A stretch of DNA of 64,000 bases, taken from Felis catus. Lineage: Eukaryota. The stretch spans positions 19,592,001 through 19,656,000 of the forward strand of contig NC_058384.1 of assembly GCF_018350175.1 (NCBI RefSeq), in the 5' to 3' direction. Shown in pieces: positions 25,769 to 37,100 of this stretch. The position numbers and the translations under genes are program-made. The notes beneath the pieces are model-generated. The model was not told the origin of the DNA. It ran no database searches and worked only from the letters and a program-made list of their open reading frames with translations. Positions within the stretch are counted from its first letter, which is position 1, and each line of letters begins with the position of its first letter.

Positions 25769-28700
25769 GGGGGTGGGGGAGCACCTGGATGGCTCAGTCA
25801 GTTAACCATCCAACTTCAGCTCAGGTCATGATCTTGTGGTTCGTGGGTTTGAGCCCTGCATCGAGCTCTGTGCTGACAGCTCAGAGCCTGGATCCTGCTT
25901 TGGATTCTGTGTCTCCCTCTTTCTCTTCCCCTCGCTTGCTCGGGTTCAGCCTCTCTCTCTCTCTCTCTCTCTCAAAAATAAACATTAAAAAAAAAAAGAA
26001 TTGTGTACAGCCCTTGCCAAAGACACTAATGAGCTCTGGGGAAGGGAAAGAGGCAGTTCTCTAGATCTCACCTGAGGAAGTTGATATGGGAAGTTGATAT
26101 TGCGTCCCCCTGAAACTTCGTGTGTTGAAATTCTAACCCTCCCAGTACTTCAGAATGTATTTGGAAGCACTGTCTTTTTTTTTTTTTTTTTTTAGGTTTA
26201 TTTGTTTACTTTGAGAGAGACAGAGTCCAAGTGCAGGAGGGGCAGAGAGAGAAAAATCCCAAGCAGGCTCCACGTGTCAACACAGAGCCCCCAACAAGGG
26301 GCTCAAACCCACAAAACTATGAGATCGTGACCTGAGCCGAAATCAAGAATCAGACGCTTAGCTGACTGAGCTACCCAGGTGCCCTGAGGTAGTGTCTTTA
26401 AAGAGGTGATTAAGGGAGTGCCTGGCTGGCTCAGGTGGTAGATCATCTGACTCTTGATCTTGGGGTTGTGGGTTCAAGCCCCACCATGGGTGTAGAGATT
26501 ATTTAAAAATAAAACCTTTAAAGGGGACCTGGGTGGCTCATTGGTTAAGCGTCTGACCTCCGTTCAGGTCATGATCTCATGGCTCGTGAGTTCGAGCCTT
26601 CCATCAGGCTCTGTGCTGACAGCTCAGAGCCTGGAGCCTGCTTCAGATTCTGTGTCTCCCTCTCTCTCTGCCCCTCCCCCACTCACATTCTGTTTCTCTC
26701 TCTCTCAAAAATAAATAAACATTAACTTTTTTTTTAAATAAATCTTTAAAGGGGCACCTGGGTGGCTCAGTCGGTTAAGTGTCTGCCTTCAGCTCAGGTC
26801 ATGATCTCACAGTTCATGGGTTCGTGGGTTCGTGGAGCCTGCTAAGGATTCTGTGTGTCTGCCTCGCTCTCTGCCCCTTCCCCACTCATGCTCTGTGTCT
26901 GTCTCAAAAATTAAGAAACATTAAAAAAAGTCNNNNNNNNNNNNNNNNNNNNNNNNNNNNNNNNNNNNNNNNNNNNNNNNNNNNNNNNNNNNNNNNNNNN
27001 NNNNNNNNNNNNNNNNNNNNNNNNNNNNNNNNNNNNNNNNNNNNNNNNNNNNNNNNNNNNNNNNNNNNNNNGAGCCACCATGTGAAACCACTGCCATCTA
27101 ACAAGCTGAGAAAGAGGTCTCCGGAGAAACCACCTCTGCCCACACCTCCATCTCAGACTTGCAGCCTCCAGAACCGTGAGGAAGTAACTGTTTAAGCTGC
27201 TCAGTCCGGGACATTTGTTACGGTGGCCCTAGCAAACTGGTGCAGAAGTTCTCTCTGATTCCCCAAGTCAGACCCTCACAAGATGGCGCCTCCAGCCCAC
27301 CCCGAGTGTGCAGTCCTCACGCAGGCATCTGGTGGGGCCCCAGGCTCCAGCCCCAAGACGGCTCACCTCAGGCCCAGACCAGCCTCCACTGCCCGTGCCC
27401 TCGGCCGCTCCCTCACCGGACGCGGGTCCTTGCACTCCGCCCTCGCCTAGAAGACAACGAGTGGGAGCTGTGTCCACTGCCCAGGGCTGAGGAGTCCCTC
27501 TGCCAGAGGCACCCCCAATGGCCAAGGAGCGCAGAGAGCCCACAGACAGCCCAGAGGGCATGCGGTTGGCGGTACCTGTGGCCCCAGAGAAGGGGCCTCC
27601 TGGCAGAGACTGGGGCTCAGGGAGAGATGTCAGTGAGAGGCCAGGCCCGGCCTGAGGGGGAGAAGATTCTCCGGAGGTCTCCTGTTTAGTGGAGAAAGAA
27701 AGGCAGTGTTGGTGATGCCAGTGGTTAACAAATTCATGCCGGTGGCTGTATCCCCGCCATGCCCTCAACAGCGGCCTCAACCTGTGACCTGCGGCCGGGC
27801 ACTCACCCCAAAACTCCACTTTCTTCCTGCCACTGCTCTGTTCAATGATCAGACAACCACTGGCCCCCTAAAGTTAATATTCTTCGTCCTAATTTTTAAG
27901 ACCCTTCATCATCTGCCTTTGCCAATTGCCAGATGAGACCTCCGGGCCTCAGAGGTTCTGAGGAAACTTCCTCCAAAGGGCAGAAGCGTCCCTGCCCTCA
28001 CACCCTCATGCTCACCTCAGAGTCGGGACTGTCGGACGAGTCTTCTCCAGAAGGGGATGCGTTGCTTCTGGGCTTCGAGCGAAACCAGCTGAACCAGCCA
28101 AACCCTGAGCTCTGGAAGGGAAGGGGGGAGATTTAAGGCCTGTGGTGCGCTCCTCCAGCCGAATAGATTAGCCGACCCCAGTCTGATGGTGGGTTGTCAG
28201 AGGCCCGGCCAAAGCCCAGATTCCCAGCCCTGCCCCCCAGTTGGGGGTGGGGGGAATGATGGCAACAGGACAAGACCGCCACCTTTGTGTTCTCTTTCAC
28301 ATCTCCTAGCTTTTCTGTCTGTGCTGGATTTGGGGAGGATTTTTTATCTGCCTCATCGGAGGATTCCTCCTCATCCTCCTTGGCTGAAACGGTGGAACTC
28401 TCAGAAACGTTTCGTGATCTGGGAATCAGCGGCACCTAGAATTAAAGAAGATAAGAACTAATATTTTCATAGCACTTGACAGGCTACAAAGGCAAATCAC
28501 CAGCCCCGCTCAGTACATCAGCAGGCAGGCCTTCCAGGATCACACCTGACTGATGAGGACACACACAGGGCTGAGAAATGGTTTGCGGAAGGTCTTAGGA
28601 CAAGGCCAGAGCCCAATCCCAGTCCCCGTGATGTCCCTAACTGGACGGGCTTTTGGTGGCCATGCTACCTCCCCACATCAGATTCCCACAACGATGCCGA

Positions 28701-31700
28701 GGCCTGGAGCAGAAGATATGGAATGCTACCGCTGGAGATGAAGAGAACAGGAAACCCCCCGTGGGGACCCACACACCCAAGAGGACAGAGACTGTAATAC
28801 ATTGGCCCTAACTCATCCTAGAGCTCATTCCTGGCAGACTTGCTCAAGATCAACCGTGAACAAATGCACCAGAGGGCAGCAAAACGTGTCCATGCGCCTT
28901 TCTATTTGTGTGCGTGGTAAAATATAAAATATACACAGCATGAAGTTTACCAATTTAAGTCTTTTTAAGCATACAATTCAGTGACGTTAGTACATTCACA
29001 CAATGTTGGCTAGCCACCACCAATAGCCATTTCCAGAACATCGGATCAACCTCAACAGAAACTCTGTGCCCATTAAACACTCCTCACTCTCTCCTCCCCC
29101 AATCCGCTAATAGCCTCTACTCTTTTTGTCCATTAATTTGCTTGTTCTAAGTACCTCATGTAAGTAGAACCATATGATGTTTGTCCCTTTGTGTTATATT
29201 TACATTTCGTATTCAAAAAAAGGCATAGCTGGTACAACCTTTGGAAAATGCTTTGGCAAATCTAGAAAAAGCTTCATTTTTTAATTCTGAATATAGAATT
29301 TACTGTGTAGTAAATACTGTTTCTAAGCACTTTACATACAGTGATTCATTTAATCCTTACAATTGTCCCACGAGGTGGGTACTATTGTTATCATCCCCTT
29401 TATATAGGAGAAAACTAAGACACAGAAAGATTAAGCAACCTAAGGCCACAGAGCTAGCAATTTGCAGAGCAAGGATTCCAACCTAAGCAGCCTCTCTTTT
29501 TAGAAATTTCTCCTGACTGAATAATTCAAGAAATAGACCAGGCTTACACGTCCATCACTAGAATGTCCACCGCTCTGTTTGATATGTGAAGGGAAGGGAA
29601 GGGAAGGCAATATGCCGTGAGAGAGAGAGGAGGAAAGAAAGAAAAGGAAGAGACACACACTTGAAATGTTTAACAATGCGGGAGTGGTGAGCGAAACTTG
29701 GGGCTCCTTCCTGTGGCCTGCAAAGCCGTGTTGGTCTGGCCTCTATTGCCCTGGCCTTGCTTCTCAGCCCCTTGCTCCTCACTGTCTACACACAGTGAGT
29801 CCCTTGCTCCTTCCTTCACCTACCAAGCGAGTCCCATTTGACTTGCTACTCCCTCTTCCTTGAAGGATCATTCCCTAGACACCTCCCTGGCTCAGGTCGG
29901 CCCCCCATTCTGACCTGCTCCAGGCCTCCCCAGAGGTACCCTTGCTGGACACCCCATCTCAGGTAAAATCCATTACGCATACAGCGTTCATCTGCAGTCA
30001 CCTCCACTAAACTGAAAGTAGGATTTGTCTGGTTCCCTGCGTCTCCCCAACCCTGTGATAGTGCTACAGATACGACAGGATCTCGGGATTTGTGAACAAA
30101 GGAACCAATGAACGACGGTGCTTTCACACAATGGACTTTATCATACCAATATTAGAAATCATTTATGGGTGCTTGAGTTGGTTAAGCATCCGACTCTTGA
30201 TTTTGGCTCAGGTTATGATCCATGAACCATGAGTTCAAGCCCTGCATCAGGCTCTCTGCTGACATTGTGGAGCCTGCTTGAGATTCTCTCTCCCTCTCTC
30301 TCAATCCCTCCCTCACTCATACTTTCCCTCTCTCTCAAAATAAATAAATAAATAAAACTTTAAAAATTATTTATGAATGACATGGAAAACCTCATTTTAT
30401 AGTATTAAATAACAAATAGGAAATAAAACTTCATATACACATTTAAGAACACATGAGCGATATTTGGTTATTTGTATGATACTTTCTCTTTATTTTTCAA
30501 GTTTTCTGTAACAATAATGTACTACTTTTTCAGTCAGGAAAAAAAAAGTAAAGCATAGAAGTTTTTCAGTCCTGTGGCCAAGTACCTAGTTGAGACATTT
30601 TTAGGTATAACCACTACGTATATGCTCAAACGTATACAATGTAAGCCTCCAACCAGGCAAAGCTGAAGAACATCTTAAGTTTGGGACCAGCCATGGCCAT
30701 TGTTGGGGGAAGGGCACATTCGACAGCTAGATAGACATGGCCACCTCCAAGACCTCCCAGCCTAACTGAAGAGAAAAGACACAGCTGACAAAGGTCCCTC
30801 TTGGGGAAAAAAGCAAGGTAAACATTATAATAAAGAAATAAACATCAGGGGCGCCTGGGTGGCTCAGTCAGTTGAGTGTCCAACTTCCGCTCAGGTCATG
30901 ATCTCACAGTCTTTGAGTTTGAGCCCCGCATCGGACTCTGTGCTGACAGCTCGGAGCCTGGAGCCTGCTTTGGATTCTGTGTCTCCTTCTCTCTCTGCCC
31001 CTAACCCACCCCACTCGCATTCTGTCTCTGTCCCTCTCAAAAATAAATAAACATTAAAAAAAAAATTTAAAGAAATAAGCATCAGAGTCTCCCATGACAG
31101 GGCAGGGCGTGGTGAGTGTGTGGTGGGACAGTGAGGGAGGTGTCAGAGATCTCAGAGGCCAAAACTAAACTCAGCCCTGCCACCCCTCCCCCCCGTGGAC
31201 ACCGGTTGGCAGGATTGAACAGAAACAAGAACACGGCCCTCCTTCCCACCGCTAGGATTTGGTATAGCAAGAAACAAGGAGAAACAAGTTGCATTGTGGA
31301 AGGGAGAGCTGGGGCCAGGCAGAAGAAGGAGTTTGCACATGGCTAAGAAATCTGGGCAAATGGAAAAAACCTGAAGCATTAGAAGCATTAGAGGAGGGAG
31401 GCGTCAGCATCTCCTGTGCTTTGTCCTCTCACCTGGGGTTTGGAAACAGCCTTTTGACCATCCAGATGCTGGAAACTTCCTTGAGATACTATATTCTCTG
31501 TCATGGCACAAAACACAAACATAGTGATGTGAACTTGTACTTTTCCCATCTAATCTGAAGAAGGAACGTGGCTGCTGTCGGCTTTTCTAACTGCAAAGCA
31601 GCTGGAGGTCCCAGCCTATCCAGTCCAAACCAATTGGACCGCGTAAATGCGAATCCACGGGCACAACCCTCTTCCAGCTGCCCCAGGACATGCTGGTCAC

Positions 31701-34112
31701 CTGACCTCTACCCCGAACCAAGGCTGTTCCTTAGGAATCCTGGAAACCTGGGTCACGTGGAGCTAGCTCACAGGGTTCCTCCCTGACCTTCCCCTCCGTT
31801 TGAGTCTCCTGTTTTGGACAGGACCTTATCTTAGAAGGTCTACGATGTAATCCCCCTGTCTGGCTGCCAGCATTCGCTTGGTGGCTCAGCACTGCTCACC
31901 ACGCTTGGGTGCAAGTGGCATTTTCCTCCCTTCTCCACCCTGCAGCCTCTCTCTTAGGAACTCTGCATCCAAGGGGAGGGCAGGAGTGACCGCTGTGAGC
32001 CTCACTATGCTTGTCCAGTGGAGAAGCAGGCTGCAATGGAAGGGCAAGCCCTCGGAGGCAGGCAGAGTCCCAGCCCCAGGGCTACCACAGAGCAGGCCCT
32101 CAGTCAGGTGCACACCCACCCTTCAGGGCTTGATCAGCTCTGACCCCACCTCTGACCCCGCCCACCTCCATCATCTGCTTCCTCCCCTTCGACACTCCTC
32201 ACCCCAGGCCTCCAGCCTGGCCGGCAGGTCTTACCAGGAGGTGGATATATCTGCTGGGTTTCTTCCCAGGCTTCTCCTCCAGGAGGGCCTGTCACGGCCA
32301 TACAGCCACCAGTCCCTGGCAGACAGACCTCAGGAACCGAGTAAAGAGGCACGGGGACCCCCATCTGCCCCACACCTCCTCCTGCTGGACAGGAACTGGG
32401 CTGGTGGGGAATGGGGTGTTGTGAGCTGGGCTGGCCTGGCCCCATCTGCTCCGGTGTTGGCCACAAGGCTCTGCGGTCCCCAAGGGCTTCTGAGTGGCTC
32501 TGACGTCCTAAAAGATCATGGTAGAAAGTGTTTCCTAAGGACATAGGGCAAAGAAGAAGGACTGAGACCTGCAATGTGACATTAGCATGGACCCATCACA
32601 CCAGGGTCATTCCTGCCATGTCCTCTTTGGAAAGCAGTCACAAGGACAGGCCGCTTGATGTGGCTGCCATTAATGTGATGACAAATACAACACAGCAGTG
32701 ATTGTAACACCTGTCACTGCTTGTGACTTAGAGTTTACAAAATTATTTCCCTCACTGCCTTGTATGATCTCTGAGCCTTGAACCAGCACATCAGGAGGAT
32801 AGAAATTACCTTCCTTGTTTCACTCCACACTTTTTTATTTGGGGGTAAACTTTCTCCTTTAAGGATTTCCTAATGGACTTGGGTGTTTGAAGCTTAGAAA
32901 GTTTCCATTAAAACCCAAATCAGAACCACAGAAATGAACCAGAGCATCGGTCCCGGAAGCGAGTGTGGGGGGATTCCTTCTGGCTCTCCCACTTTGCTAA
33001 TGAGATGGGCTGTGGTGTGGATGACTGGCTGATGGTCACGGGGCCAGTGGGGCTGCTGACCCACATGCTCAATTGGGTGACAAGGGACAGGGCTGCTTGG
33101 CGGCGGAAGCAGCACTCAAGAAGCCCTGGCCTGGTTCCCCTCCAGGCCTCTGCCTGGAAGGTGCTGGAATACAGCAGCAAAGCTGAGAAACAGAAAGCAG
33201 GGCCCGCTTTCCTCGCCTTCCCCCAGGTCATCCTCTGTGAGGAAGACGCCCGCGGGTGGGAAACGGCTGGAAATCAAGAGATGACACCCTGTCCTGACCC
33301 CACCACAGGGCGGAGGGCTGTGGTCACTTGGGGAAAGGGCCCAGAGCTAACTGGGGGTAATAATGCTGGCTGGACCCAGCCCTCAGGGGCATCCTGAGGG
33401 GAAAGGAGGGATGTGCTGGCAACATTTTGAAACATTTGTCACATGTCTATAGCAATTGTTAGCTCAAAAATCAAAACCGATAGCTCAAAAAAATCTTCCT
33501 ATGTTTCCAACACCTACATGAAACACAGACAGTCCACCCTCCCTGGCCTCAAGAAACTCATCAGCTGGGGAGAAGGTACGGAGGCAGGTGAAACTATGAG
33601 ATCACGATACAACATGGTGAGTATTAAAACCTGAATGTGAGGCAGGAACTCTAAACATGTGGGAACTTAAAAGTGTCAGGATGGCTGTGGCCAGACAGAG
33701 CTGTGGGGACAAGGTCAGATTTGTACAGGCAAGGAAGTACCCCCCAGGAAGGGCCAGGCGAATATTTTCTAAGTTCTGTTATCTCTACGATCAGGCCCAG
33801 AGAGTCAGCCATTTGCACTCAGGTCATCAGCGAGGATACCTGTTGGTCCTCCGACTCCAGAAGCATCTGAGTGAGCAGGACAAAGATCCCCAGTGTCTCC
33901 TGTGACCTTCTGCTATTAAACACAAAGTAAAATCTTTTTAAACTACACAAAGAAAAGCAAGAACAGGGAACAATGGTTTAAAATTAAGTCAAGGGGCTCC
34001 TGGGTGGCTCAGTCCGTTAAACGTCCAACTTTGGCTCAGGTTTGTGAGTTTGAGCCCCACATTGGGCTCTGTGCTGACAGCACAGAGACTGGAGCCTGTT
34101 TCAAATACTGTG

Positions 34113-34152
<40 letters not shown>

Positions 34153-37100
34153 CCTCCCCTGCTCACTCTCTGTCTCTCAAAAATAAATATTTAAAAAAAT
34201 TTTTTAAATAAAAAAATAAAAATTAAGTCAAAAAGAAACTTCAGAGGGAGTGACGAGGTGTGAGAATCTGGACCGGATGCTGAGGGCTGATGGGGGAGGG
34301 GCAAGGGCAAGGCCTCAGCCCTGCATCTCTCCTGGGTGTGCTCAGAGCAGGCGGGGACCAGGAGACCAGCATCTCCCAGCGTCTCCCCACAGAAGGGGCA
34401 ACGGGAAGGGCCCCAGGGCCCCGTGCGTGCAGCCCATGGGAGTCAGGGCTGTGTGTGCCTTGAAAAATCCACCCTCTCCCGTCGTTATAGAGATTGGAAG
34501 AAAGAAAATGGAGGCAGCCCTGTTCGAATTACTGGTACAATTACTACCAGCAGCTTCTGCAGTTGTCAGAACAAAAAGGAAAGGTCCGGAAATCTTTTAA
34601 GCAATTGCCCTACATTACATGAAAGTGACACGAGTCCACTGTGATCCATTGTTCCTAACAGAGAGATGAAAGCTTTAATGCTCATAAATGTAGCTTCTAG
34701 GACCAAAGACAAGGGTGATTGGCAAGAGGGCCTCAGGGCCTCACAGGCAAACCCAGGAGACCATCTCTGCCCGAGGGACAGGCAACAGCTGGGGGGCTGA
34801 GCGCCACCCCCTCCCAGGTCAACCTGTGTCTCGCGGATGGCCCTCCGTGGGGTCGGGGACTTGTCAAGGTCAGTGCTCTGTTCCAGGGGAACGGAGAGAG
34901 AAACAGAGGTCTCACCACCGTCCCGGCTCCAACCCCGCTCACCGCCAGCTCCTTGAGCCGCCTCCGAAGCTGCACCAGCCAGTCTGGCTCCAGGTCCCGG
35001 TCTCTGCGTCTGTCTACAACCAAGGGATCTGACAGCTTCAGTTTCTCCGCTAGCTGTGCCCGGTTCCCAGCCGGGTCGGGGGCGAAGGTAAGAGAGGGGA
35101 AAGCGGACATAGATGATGGGGAAAGAGGCAACAGGGGAATAGGAGAAAGACAGTCTTAACTCCCTTGCAAATTAGATTACCAAGAATAATTGATTAGCAA
35201 ATCCAGCAGATACCTTCCTGAAGCTGCAACATAAATGAACAATTAACCCATCTTGGTGTTAGATATGCAATAAAATATAAGAAGAAACTGTTACCCAGCT
35301 TTGTGTCTCTGCAAAGTTGTCTCCTCTAGTACTGCTTCTCAAGTACTGCACTTGGGTGCTCCTAGGAATCACCTGGACTGTTGCTAAAATGCTAATTCCA
35401 ATCCCAGAATTCCATGGGGTGGGGCCAGCACCTCCATTCTGAGTCCCTGAGCGCCCTACATTTTTCAGGGGCAGGGGGCTCAGCACCACGGATTTTATTG
35501 GCTGCTGAATCCAACAGTTGGACCTTGTCTAAAGCAAAGCAAAAATTGACAACTGGGTGTCTTTTTACTCTCCAGCTAATGGATTTTTCTTCAATTAATT
35601 GGCACTATTTGCCCGATCATTTTCTTCCCCTGGAACTAAACGTTGATATGTTATGTTGTCGTTTTTAAACGTACCCCACATGTGATAAAGTATTCCATGC
35701 ATTTAAGAGCATTTTAATAAGGCTCATTTCCTGTTTTAATCACTAAAATATATACTCTAAGTCCAGCATTTATAATTAGAACGGCTGACCGGAACATGTG
35801 GTTTTACTGTCCCAGAAAAGCGGATGCAAGAATAAATTCCTGGCACAGCACACGCCTGCTTTCCAGCCCCCCCGATCCCACAACCCCCGCCCACTGCCTG
35901 CTTCTTTGTGTGGTGTCAGGACTCTGCTTATCATGCCTGGGCATGCGTACGTGGTCCAAGACAGCCATGGGCTCCAATTTTCCAGCATGTTCAAAGGAGA
36001 TGGGCTGTGGAGTCGAAGCTGCTTTCACAATAGCTTTCTCTGAACACCGAAGATAAAACACCTGCAGAGAACCCTTTGAGAAACTCACCTTGATGAGTTC
36101 CACTAATAGCACAGGGTGATCGCTCTCTCCTTGGCTAAGGAGGGCCGTGCCAATGGCTTCGCAGTAATGCAAGGCCGGGGACGCAAGGCCATAATCTGCC
36201 AGACGGGAAGCATAAAGGAGCTTATACACCTGTGGAGAGAGCGGGGCCAGTGACTAGTCCATCTGGGCAGGATAGAAGGAGAGACATGTAGATAAAAGTC
36301 AGCTGACTGCCAGCTTCCGCTAACTCTGCCATCCAAAATATCAAGGAGGGCCTCGTGCCATTTGGTTTACTCTGTCTGCCTAGGGGCACAGTTGCAAATC
36401 CAGCCTGCAGGTCACACATCGCTGAGAAAGGGATGGGAGTCACATCAGTTCAGTCTCTGGAGACCGAGTCACCACGGGAATGCACCAGACTAGTTACTTC
36501 CGATAAGCAAGCCCACGTAATCTGGAAAGCCTGGCATTTGTGGAGCATAGGACCAGGCACCGGGGGAGACATAGGAAAGAAGAAGAAATGACTCTGACGC
36601 AGGCAGACAGCTATTTACAGAAGCATGAGGGGCACAGCAAGGTAGAGCCATGAGGGTTTGGAAATCAGACAGGCCCAACTTCAAATACCAGCTCTACACT
36701 GGGGGCGCCACATTGCGCTGGTTACCGCACCTCCCTGTGCCTCAGTTTCCTCACTACAGCACGGGGACAATACTGTTCACCCCTTGGTTGTTGTAAAGAT
36801 TAAACGAGACAATCCATGTGAAGTTCTCAGAACAAATGGCAGGCAAGAGCTAGGAGCCCACAGCATGTGACTCCTCTCTTCAGTTTCCGGTTTGGCAAAA
36901 GGAAGGGAGTCATGCCCACCTCGCGGGGTTAGAAACAATAACTCAAAGCACAACAGCGCCCTGCTGGCACATAGAACACACGCGCTAAAGCTAACTTCCT
37001 TCCTGTCTGCCCAAAGGTGACTGAAAGGTGGGATGAGCAAAGAAGAGAGAGAGAGAGAGAGAGAGAAGAGAGACCTGTTCCCAAAGGAGCTCATCTGCTG

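Noticed and set aside
28112-28282. 171-nt (3n) intron as a second in-frame retention candidate
   Set aside because: It contains an in-frame stop at 28133-28135.
31878-32546. 222-aa plus-strand ORF, the longest in the window
   Set aside because: Antisense shadow of GC-rich SEC16B exon 18 and its flank, with a non-ATG start.
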